Positions 11,001 to 23,000 of a DNA stretch of 64,000 bases are shown here, in pieces (position 1 is the stretch's first letter; every line of letters begins with the position of its first letter). The position numbers and the translations under genes are program-made. The notes beneath the pieces were generated by a model. The model saw only the letters and a list, made by a program, of their open reading frames with translations, did not search any database and had not been told where the DNA came from. The stretch covers positions 11,036,001-11,100,000 of the forward strand of contig CATNEN010000038.1 of NCBI GenBank assembly GCA_950097015.1, read 5' to 3'. Origin of the DNA: Macrostomum hystrix (Eukaryota > Animalia > Platyhelminthes).

Positions 11001-14000
11001 CCCCCAAGCCTTCTCTCTGCGGCTGCGCCCCAAATAATTATGGCCTCGCCGCGGATCTGAGCTCAGGGACCTTGGTGCGAGAGGCAAACGAGGCAATATG
11101 TCAGATTGCTCACATGCATGTCCAATCTGCGTTGGCGCAGCTTCTCAAACTTGCTGGCAGCAATGCGCTTGTCCAGGCCGTCCAGACTCCGGTCAGGCTG
11201 CAGCCAGACGTGCTCCAGGGCCTCGTGAACCGTCAGGCGTTTCTCGCCGCGTCGAACCAGCAGACTCTTGATGAAGTCCTTGGCTTCCTCGGACACCGAG
11301 GCGAAGGCTTCCTTGTTGAACTCCCAATCTCCGCGGCGCACGTTGGCAAGAGTCTCATAGCTGTCGTTGCCTAGGAACGGCGACAGGCCACTTAGACTGC
11401 GGGTTAAAGTGGGTTGGCCATCGAGGATTATTTTGTGTTCCTATTTTTGTTCAGTTCTGCTCCAATTTTTTTCATGTTTTCTGTTTATAACTCCTTTGTA
11501 TTACATTGTATCATTCGTTTGCTGCACTCGGCCTTCAGTTGTGTTTCAACCAAACCAAATCAATTTAACTATACCTTTTTGCGATTGAATTCGTCCAAAC
11601 TGCAAAACCTTTCGTCCACTAACGCTTTCTTAATGGGAGCTAAATTTAGATCATACCATAGACAACCGTGTTCACGCAAAACGGTTCATCCAGTTTGTAA
11701 AACATTTCGTCTAAACCCTTCGTCCAAACAGCTAACAGCTAAACGGAGCGACTTTATTTGATATCACGAGATATTGAACAAAGCAAAAACAGTGTCTCTT
11801 GTTAGAATGTTAGTTCAAAATGTCTTCGTAGTCCAAACAACGGCCGTAGTAACCCACAGTGTGATTGGTCCATTGCTGGCACTTCTCCTGTGTAATCACG
11901 TGCAGTGCAGCTTCGACCTCTCTCTTCAAAATGTGCATCCGCCAGGCATGCAGAGTCAGGTTCGCAGCAGCAGCAGCTTGCCGATTAGAGAGCTCGTGCT
12001 GAATAGCGGGAACTGACAGTGCCCTCTTCACTGATGCCTTCAGGGAAGACCCTGCGCGCTCAGTTGGGTTGAGATACGGAGAGTACGGTGGCAATTGATA
12101 GGTGCTGTGTTGCGGTGAAAGTCCAGGGACTTGAAGGTGAGCGCGGGCCCCATCAAAGATCGCCACCCACTCAGCCTCCACCAGGACATCCAGCTCTACT
12201 AAGAAGTCTGCAAAATTTTGAGCTCGAAAACCTCCTTCCATCAGCTGGCCTCGATATGCCCATCCTTGAGTTCTCGCCGTCCACAGGTTCAGCCCGAACT
12301 CATCGAGAAAAATCTGGTTCCTGTCGTGTCCTTCGTTCATCATCCACTGTGCGTACTCACATCTCGCCGCCTTCACAACTGGGTCGTTCCAATCAAACGT
12401 AATCTGCCTAGCCAGCTTCAAAGTCACCAGCTGTTTGTCAAGTGCTCGACTTATGGTTGAGACATGAGGAAGTTGACCTTCATTGCCAAGTTGCATCAGA
12501 TGGTTCCGCATCATTTGTAATGTCGCGGACGGGTTTGCCTCGAGGAACTCGATTATTGACTCAATCTGCTGCTCTTGCAGTTTCTTCGGACGGCCACCTG
12601 CTGATGGAAACTTCTCAATGCGCCCGGTTTGAACGTAGGTGTCGACAATCGTTTTGGCTGTCTTTCTCTTGATCCCAAGGATCTCGGCCAGTTGTTTCCA
12701 ATCGCGGCCTTCTTCAACAGCCAAGGCTAATCGCCTGCGGTCTTCGTTTGACACTGGATGGTAGGGGCCTCGGTTCATCTTCGACTGTTTTGCCGGGTTC
12801 GGAATGGAAGATAGGCCTATGCGTTGCTGTAGCTTTAGTGGTAGCAAAAGCGAACTGTCAATTGGGTGTTAACTATGGTAGGAACAGTACACTCGGTCTC
12901 TAGTCTAGGGGACGAAATGTTTTACAAACTGGATGAACCGTTTTGCGTGAAAACGGTTGTCTATGGTATGATCTAAATTTAGCTCCCATTAAGAAAGCAT
13001 TTGTGGACGAAAGGTTTTGCAGTTTGGACGAATTCAATCGCAAAAAAGTATAGTTTGCCTGCCTCGTACCCCAGGCCCTGAGCCGACGGGCTGGTCTATT
13101 TTCTCACCCTCCCTTCTTCTTTGCAGCGCTGATTGGCTCTGCTGGTTTTGCACCAATCAGCTTTACGCAGCTTTGGCAGCCAATCTCACTCTAGGGGGGT
13201 CATTTTCGTTTTTTTGTCGCAACTTCTAGCCCGCCTGGCTCGCGGATTGGTGGATTGGTTTGCGGGCATAGGTCCTTCTCTCACCCTCTCTCACCCATTC
13301 ATGAGACTAGTGCATATGCCGCCTCACCCCGTCACTTCAGGCGCCAAGTCTGGGCCAAAGAAAATCAACAAGCTAACAAGCCACCAGTGGAGAACGCTTT
13401 AGCAAGACGTGCTCTAAAAATAGATTAGGCCAGATCGTCTGAAGGCTCTGCATCTGAAGGCTGCGTACGGCTGTTCAGTCCATGGACTGAGGGACGACAC
13501 ACTAATTATGCCGGTACCCATTTAACAGCTAGGTGATTTGAACCAATGCAGAGTTTAGTGTATTGCTAAAGGACACAAATTGTTCCAGTGGAGTCTGGAA
13601 TCGAACCCCTGACCTTCAAGTCGTGAGTCCGACGCTCTAAACACTAGCCTACAACCTCCTACAACCTCCTTGCACTACTCATAGTGCAAAGGTCAACAGC
13701 TCAGTTCTATGCACTCACAGCACGTAGGCCAGAACTCCAACGGCCCACATGTCGGTATAGAATCCAACTGGCTCGTGATCGGCTATTTCCGGCGCAGCGA
13801 ACTCAGCAGTTGCCATGGTAACCTTGACCGGTTCGTTGGGATCCAGCTTAGTGGTCAGGCCGAAGTCGACTAGTTTGATATTTGTGGATTTCGACGTCTC
13901 GCAGATGATGTTCTCCGGCTTGATGTCCAGGTGCACGTAGCCCTGCTCGTGCATGTAGAGTAGACCCTCGCACACCTGCCTGATGTACTTTATCACTTCG

Positions 14001-17000
14001 GCTTCGGTCATTTTGTACGACTCGTCAGCGACGCGATCAAACAGATCCCCACCGGCGAGGAACTCCACGATCAGCACCGTCTCCTTCGTGCTCTCGTAGA
14101 CGTCGTGCAGGTTGATTAGCCGCGGGTGGTGCAGAGCGTTCATGACGGCCACTTCCTGACGCACCGTCTGCTTCTCGATAACACTGGGAGTCTGGATGAA
14201 CTTGGCAACGAAGAACTGCCCGGTGGACAGCTCCTTGCAGCGGTGAACAACACCGAAGGCGCCGCTGCCCAAGCGCTCCAAAATTTCGTAGTCGTCGTAC
14301 ACAGAGTGTGACTTAATAGTGGCCGGCAGAGGTCGCTTCTGCTTGTCCCACAGGTTGTTGTAAAACTTGTCGTAGTTGTCCGGCTTCGGCCCGCTGCCGT
14401 CCTCCGGTGGGCCCGCCTGCTGAGCGCCGGCCCTACGGGGCTTGACCGCCTCCTCGGCCAGCTGGTGCGGGCCGGACGGCTCTGAAGGCTCGCTTCGGCC
14501 ATGTAGGTTCTCGGCCGTAACGCGGAACTCGTACTGCCGACCGCGCATCAGGGCGCCTTCGATGGCGGCCTGCGTGAAACGGCTCTGGCTGCAGCGGACC
14601 CACTGGCCGTCTGGCAGGTCACGCTTCTCAACATCGTAACCGCTGATATAGGCTGGAGCTCCATCGGCGTCTCCGGGCGGCGGTTGCCATGTCAACACAA
14701 TGCTTGTGTCGCTGGCTGACTCGAGTCGCAGGCCACGCGGCGGCTCTGGCCTGTCGTTCACGCGAACCTCCACGCTGGCCGACGCAACTCCGAGCTCATT
14801 CTCTAGAGTGAGGCTGTACACACCCGAATCCGCTCGGCTGAGGTCATTCACCGTCAGCAGGCAGTGACGCTCTTTCTGCTCGGATTCGAACTTGCGACTG
14901 CCCACCTTTACGTCGGAGCCGTTGAGTTTCCAATTCGATGTCGGCTTTGGACAAGCGGAGAAGGGCAGTTTAATTGTGAGGCTGTCGCCCTTGTCCAACA
15001 CTGTTGGCTTCTCAAATCGAGGCGGCACCTTGATGCGTGGCTCCGAGCGGATTGTGAGGTCCGCCCGGCTGCTGCGAGAGCCGGCCTTGTTGGAGACACG
15101 GACGCTGTACTCGTCGGAGTCCTCGCCGAAGCAGTTGTTGATGGTCAGGTAGTACCTATCAAGATTTGCATGGTGGCATAATTCATTTCGGGCAAGACCG
15201 CGGAGAGCTTGTCGTGAAATTTACGCCCTTGACTACCAAACTTCAAGGAACAGTGAAAGTTTACATTGCTTGTGTGAGTGTGTACTCAGGATTCAGCGGA
15301 ATGGGCAGAATTGCCTCCTCGCTGGCTACGGGTCTACTGTCACCAGATCATGCTCCAGTGCCTACAGCCCTCCTGCAATTTTTTTCAATTTTTTGGGCAC
15401 GTTTTCTCAGGTTTGAGTGTTCTAATGCCAGATTTCTTACCTATCACCATCTTTTCCTATGTCTATGCGACCGCCAGATGACAGCTCGCGAACGCCTTTA
15501 AACCAGGCGACGTCCAGAGGCTGTGTTCCAGTTACCTGGACCTCAAACTCTGCCCTCTTGCCCTCGTTAACCTGCAGCCGCTTCAGTTGAGTAGTGAACT
15601 CCGGAAGGCTGGCAGCGTTCGGGTCTCGAACTGGGACTTTGCGCGACGCTCCTGACGGTTCGCTCATGCCGGCGGCGTTCTCGGCGAACACGCGGAATTC
15701 ATAGTCCTTGCCCTCCACCAGGCCGGGTATGTTGTAGGTGGTGTTGGGAATCGGCGCGAAGTTTACGCGGGCCCATGTATCTGTACCAGCTTCCCGCTTC
15801 TCAACGTGGTAGCCTGTGATTCGTCCACCGCCGTCAGAGGCTGGTCGCTGCCAGGTGAGCGACACAAAATCAGCGCCTATCTCTTCAGTGATCGGTTCGC
15901 CAGGCGCTTTCGGCTTGTCTGAAGAGTCGATGAAGGTCAGTTTGACGATGTCATAATATTATTTATGGAACTATGGGCTCCAAATTTGAGTGCAGTTGAG
16001 GAAAAGCACATTTTCAGAGCGTGTCAGAACATCACAATTATTTCAAGAAAACATCACGAGTACATCAAGACAACATCATGAGTTTATTAAGAGAACATCA
16101 CTAGCATATCAAGAGAACATCACTAGCATATCAAGAGAACATCACGAGCATATCAAGAGAACATCACTAGCATATCAAGAGAACATCACTAGCATATCAA
16201 GAGAACATCACTAGCATATCAAGAGAACATCACTAGCATATCAAGAGAACATCACTAGCATATCAAGAGAACATCACTAGCATATCAAGAGAACATCACG
16301 AGCATATCAAGAGAACATCACTAGCATATCAAGAGAACATCACGAGCATATCAAGAGAACATCACTAGAATATCAAGAGAACATCACTAGCATATCAAGA
16401 GAACATCACGAGCATATCAAGAGAACATCACTAGCATATCAAGAGAACATCACTAGCATATCAAGAGAACATCACTAGCATATCAAGAGAACATCACTAG
16501 CATATCAAGAGAACATCACTAGCATATCAAGAGAACATCACTAGCATATCAAGAGAACATCACTAGCATATCAAGAGAACATCTCTAGCATATCAAGAGA
16601 ACATCACTAGCATATCAAGAGAACATCACTAGCATATCAAGAGAACATCACTAGCATATCAAGAGAACATCACTAGCATATCAAGAGAACATCACTAGCA
16701 TATCAAGAGAACATCTCTAGCATATCAAGAGAACATCACGAGCATATCAAGAGAACATCACTAGCATATCAAGAGAACATCACTAGCATATCAAGAGAAC
16801 ATCACTAGCATATCAAGAGAACATCACTAGCATATCAAGAGAACATCACTAGCATATCAAGAGAACATCACTAGCATATCAAGAGAACATCACTAGCATA
16901 TCAAGAGAACATCACTAGCATATCAACAGAAAATAACAAAATCACAAGTATATGGTAAAAACTGAATAGGATATTAATGAGAACATATCGCGAGTGTATC

Positions 17001-20000
17001 GCGAGGTTATCACGAGATGTAAAATACGCACTTAGGCATCAACTATGAAGGCAAACAGCACGCTCAGGTGAATGGCACACAGGCTTAACTTGAGCAAATA
17101 AAACTTGAATAGAATTAGCTATGCCTTTCCTTTGTCATTCATTTACATCTGGCCTCTTATCCACAGAAACAGCATTCTACTACTCTTTAATAAAGGATAC
17201 AGATCTAATTGCTATTGGCATGAAACCTGTGTGGACGAAAGCATTGCTAATTATTTTTATGCACCCGCTATCATTGTTCATTTATTAGCTGCTCAGTCAA
17301 TCAATATTGGAACTTTTCAGTTAAGCTTTAATTGCCATGCAGGACGCAGTCGTTATCCACTATGCCAATATATCCCAGGCAGTTGTCTCACCAAACGGCA
17401 TCTTTGCCAGGATGGGGCTGGCAGTTTCAATTGGCTGGCTGGAGCCATTCTCATTCACGGCCGACACGCGGAAGCTGTACTCCGTACCCTCCACCAGGCC
17501 CTGCAGCTCAGCTGATGTATCCTGCAGGTAATATTTAGGGTTAGAAGTTTGGAAGAGGTGCGATAGTTGGCGGTTTGGTTTATCTCTCGCAAGGGGTACG
17601 TACGATTGGAGTCGGTTGTCAGACTGGTTAAGGAAGACAAAAATGTGTGTGAGGTATTTAAACGGTTCTTTTCCTTGCCTAAAAAATGGCTGAGTTTGAA
17701 AAGTATCAAATCAACTTCTGTATAACAAAATTAAACAGTATAAATTCGGCAGAATGACTTTGCTACTCTGCAAGCACAGTAAAAGAGGAACAACGACAGG
17801 TAAAATAGCTGATGTGTTTATCATCGCGATGATGCTAGCATCCGCCGCACTGCTCACTCAACTACCCTGTGCAAGAGGGTTCACTTCTGCAGCATTGCAC
17901 TTGTATGGCTCAACAACCACAGAGGAAATGACAACTAGTGAAGAGACCACTCAAACAACAACTCCAACGACAACTACGACTACCCAAACAATAACTACAA
18001 CGAAAACCCCTATAGAAACTACAGCAACAACCTTAACAACAGCTACCATGATAACTGAAATAACAAATTCCACGACAGTTTCATCGACAGTTCCAACGAC
18101 AACAACTCTACCAACAACTGCAGCGACAAGCCCTGCAGAAACTACGACAACAAACCCAACGACAACTTCCACGACAACTCCAACGACAAGTTCTACAACT
18201 TTAACAACAACTACGATGACAACTCCAACGACAACTACGGTGACAACTCCTACAACAGCCACGACAATTGATCCAACTACGACTACCACGACTACTCCGA
18301 CAACAACTTCGATGACAACTCCAACGACAAATGCAGCGACAGCTTCTGCAGAAACTACGACGACAAACCCAACGACAACTACGACGAATACTCAAACGAC
18401 AACTAGTACGACAACTCCAACGACAACAACTACAACGACAGCCGCGACAGAAACTACGACGACTACTCAAACAATAACTGCAACGACAAGCCCAGCAGAA
18501 ACTACGACAACAAACCCAACGACAACTACGACGACTACTCCAACGACAAGTTCTACAACTTTAACAACAACTACGATGACAACTCCAACGACAACTACGG
18601 TGACAACTCCTACAACAGCCACGACAATTGATCCAACTACGACTACCACGACTACTCCGACAACAACTTCGATGACAACTCCAACGACAAATGCAGCGAC
18701 AGCTTCTGCAGAAACTACGACGACAAACCCAACGACAACTACGACGAATACTCTAGCGACAACTAGTACGACAACTCAAACGACAACAACTACAGCGACA
18801 GCCCCGACAGAAACTACGACGACAAACCCAACGACAACTACTACAACGACAACCCCGCCAGAAACTACGACGACAAACCCAACGACAACTACGACGAATA
18901 CTCTAGCGACAACTAGTACGACAACTCCAACGACAACAACTACAACGACAGCCGCGACAGAAACTACGACGACTACTCAAACAATAACTGCAACGACAAC
19001 CCCAGCAGAAACTACGACAACTACGACGACTACTCCAACGACAACTTCCACGACAACTCCAACGACAACTTTGACAACTCCAACGACAACTTCCACAACT
19101 ACTTCAACGACAACTACGGCGACAACTCCTTCGACAACTACGATGGCTGATTTAACAACGACTACCCCGACTACAACAACAACTGCAACGACAACCCTAA
19201 CAGAAACCCCAACGTCAACCCCAACAACAGCTACTACGACAACTCCAACGACAACTGCTACGTCAACTGTAACGACAATTACTGCAACAACTCCAACGAC
19301 AACTACTCCGACTACTCCGACAACAACTACAACGCCAACCCAAACGACAACTACTACGACAACTTTAACGACAACTACAGCGTCAACCCCAACGACAACT
19401 GCATCGACTAACCCAACAGCAACTACCCTGACAACTGAAAGAGGAACTACGACAACAACCCCAACAACAACTGCCAAGACAACACCGACGACTTTTACGA
19501 CAATGTCAACATTAGGAACTCAGACAACTCAGTCCAGCGCTTCACTGTCAACAACGCTGTCAGCCGCGGAGATAAAGAAGGAAATACAGAGGCAAAATGC
19601 GATTGCCTATCAGCAGGAGAGTGTCAACGCTGCAGCCTTTATCGTCCCTGTAGTTCTTGGTGCCGGCATTGCATTCGTTATGTACAAAATTATCATACTC
19701 GGACTGAGAAACGGGCTTTAATTGCTTTTTAAAAAAACACAAATTCTTGTAAAAGGTTTTTTCTTGTATATAGTTTTCGAAAAGAAACAGCGATAATATA
19801 TTGGCGACTGACAAAAGTCCAACGACTTTAAGACTTTTACAAACGCACGGTAGTAAATAAGCAGTTCAGGACTAGTCTGTACAATTTATGAAAAGCATTT
19901 ATAAGTCAAGCAGTCTCATAAGTGGTAAACTCGATGAAAAAGAGTTTCTTACCTTGCAAAAAGAGGCCACGGTGAGCCAGTTGTCCTTCCCAGCTTCGCG

Positions 20001-23000
20001 TCGTTCCACCACATAGTGCGTCACCTTGGAGCCGCCGTCGTCACGCGGAGCCTTCCAAGTCAGCTTGCAGGCGTTCTTAGTCACATCGTTAGCCTGCAGC
20101 GGTCCGGTGGGAGCTGACGGTGGACACTTGACCTTCAGCTTGAATGAAACTTGCGCTGCACCGCTGTCGTTGGCCAGCTCCAGGCGGTACTCCCCGGAGT
20201 CTTCTGCGGCCAGGTCGCGCAACGCAATGGTCACATAATCGTCGAACTCCTGCAGACGGACGCGATCGCTGGCGCTGACGTCTTTGCCGGAGTGGCGCAG
20301 GCTCAAGCGCAGGGGCCCGTCGCCAGTGTAAGGAATCTTCAGCTTGAGCGACTCGCCGAGGGGCGCGCTCTGGTCTGGCGGGCCGCGATCTACGCGCGGT
20401 GGGCGGAGAATAGTCAGGCAAGCCGAGGCTGACTCACGACCAGCCTTGCTAACGAGCTGGCACTCGATCTCGCCTGCGTCTGCCTCTGTCAGCTCAGTCA
20501 GCGTCAGCGTTGCCGTTTCTCCATCGCATGCAACCTGGGCCCGCGCTGAGGGCCTAATCTCGACGCCACCTCTAAGCCAGCGAACTTCAGGCGCTGGTTT
20601 TCCATCGATGCGACAAGTGAATACTGACGTGCCACCTACGGCTCCAGATGCTGCTTGTGGCTTTGTCAAAAACTCAGGCGCCGTACCTGCCGTTTTGTCG
20701 ACGATCTTAACCGCAAGTGAAGCTGGCGACGATTCGCTGGCGCCACAGGCATTTAGGGCAGCCACACGGAATTCAAGCTCATCATTCTCAGTCAGGCCAT
20801 CGATTGTTGTCTCGGTAGATACGGCTGGCACAGTCGCGGCTGTTTCCCAATCACCATCACCGGCGCCCTTTTTGCGTTTCTCGACGCGATAGCCCGTCAG
20901 TCGGGAGCCACCGTCGTTAATTGGCTTTGTCCAAGCTAGCTCAGCGTAGTTTTTGCCCGTCTTGTTAACCAGCGGCGACCCAGGAGCAGATGGTGGAGCT
21001 GTCTTTGACTTTGTCTCGACAGCGTGGGAAGCCTCGCTTGGCTCGCCCAGACCGGCCTCATTCTTGGCGGTGACGCGGAACTCGTACTTCGCATTAGTCT
21101 CCAAGCCGGTCGCTTTAGCTGTGGTTTCCCTGGCCGGAACGTCTGAAACTTTCTTCCACTTGCCAGAGCCGCCGGCGGGACGGCATTCGACCACGTAGCC
21201 AGTCACCTTGCTGCCGCCGTCGTCGCGCGGCTTTTTCCAAGACAGCGACACTGAATCGGCGTCGGCATCGGTTGCGGTGACTGACTCAGGTGCTGAGGCC
21301 GCGTGGAAAGCGGGCTTTGGTGTCACGGGAGTCTCCAACTCTAGAGGCTCGCTCAGGCCGTTCCGGTTCTCGGCGCGAACCCGGAAACGGACAGGCTTAT
21401 CCGTCTCAAGGCCGATGGCTTCGTACTCCGGTTTGCGCACGAACTTGGACACTGGCGACCACTCTCCAGTGCGCGGATCCTGCTTCTCCACAACGTAATT
21501 GTCAATCGGTGCACCACCGTCATTTTTCGGTGGTTTCCAGGCCAGAGCGCAGAAATCAGCGCCAACCTTTGTTACCTCAAGCGGTCCCTCTGGAGGCGAT
21601 GGTTTGTCAACGACATTCACCTGAAGGAGGAACAGGTATGAAGAATTATTATGCATCCGAAGGCATTTCTAGTTCAAGCAAAAAAATTCTGGTAAAGAAA
21701 TGTACCTTGACATCCACTGAATCCTTTCCGGCTTTGTTAGTCAGCACAACATTGTACCGAGCCTCATCAGCTTTTACAGCCCTTCTGCAGACGACTAAAA
21801 CCTCCGAAGCCTCCTGGCGTACTTCAAAGCGATCCACGGGCACCGCTTCGTTGCCGTTGCGCAGGCAGTCGACGGAATCTGGGGGCGAGCCTTGGTAGGG
21901 GACGCGAATCTTAAACTCCTCACCAGCGTTGGCTGTCACCTCTTTGGTCGCAAAGTCGGCCAGCACTTTCGGGGCAGTTAACGGCGCCTGGACACGGACC
22001 CGCGAGGTGGGCTCACTTGCAGCTCCGGGGCCCGCCTTGTTGACTGGGGTAACGCGGAACTCGAACTCCTTGCCTTCTGGCAGATTCTTAACGGTGTAGC
22101 TGGTGCCCTGGACAGGTGTTGCAGACGCCTTGCTCCAGGCTGTGTCACCTTTGGCTCGCTTTTCAACCAGGTATCCGGTAATCGGACTGCCACCGTTTTC
22201 GCGCGGTGGCTCCCAGCTAAGACCGACACTGTCGGCTGTGACATCGTCAACAATCGGTTGGTTGCAAGCCGCTGGTGGACTGTACGGAGATTTTGGCGTC
22301 ACCGGCGCCGAGGTTGTCAGTGGCGCGCCTCGACCCTGACTGTTCTCCGCCATCACTCTGAACTCATACGGCTTGCCCTCCTCCAAGCCCTTGACGGTAG
22401 CGCTGGTACCTGACAGAAAACTGTTCACCGGCTGCCACTCCCCGCTGCCTTTAGGTCGCTTCTCCAGTACATAGTTGCTGACAGGCTCACCGCCGTCGGA
22501 CTTTGGCGGAGACCACTTTAGCGAGACCTGATTGGCCTCAATGTTGGTAGCTTCCAGCGGTCCGGTGCAGGCTCCAGGCTTGTCCAGCACAGTGACTCTC
22601 ATAGAACCAGAGTCCTTGCCAACCAGATTCTTCAGCGTCACTTTGTAATCGCCGCTGTTAGCACCGGTTGCCTTGGAGACACTGAGCGTCACCTCTCCTC
22701 CGTCACCGTTTTCATTCTCCGTGACCGTCATGCGGCCACCGTCCTCCGTCATCTCGTAGTCCTTGCCATCACGCTCCAGTGTCACTATCGGTTTGGGACA
22801 ACCGCGGTAGGGCAGCCGGACAAGCAGATCCTGACCAGCCTTGATCGTCACGTCCTTCAGACCAGACATATCTAGCTTTGGTGCCTCCGGTTGGTTCTCC
22901 GCTTTGACATTGCGACTTGGTCGAGTCGGCTCGCCAGGTCCGGCTTCGTTCTCCGCCCTGACGCGGAATTGAGTCTCCTCGCCTTCAGCAAGGGGGACGA

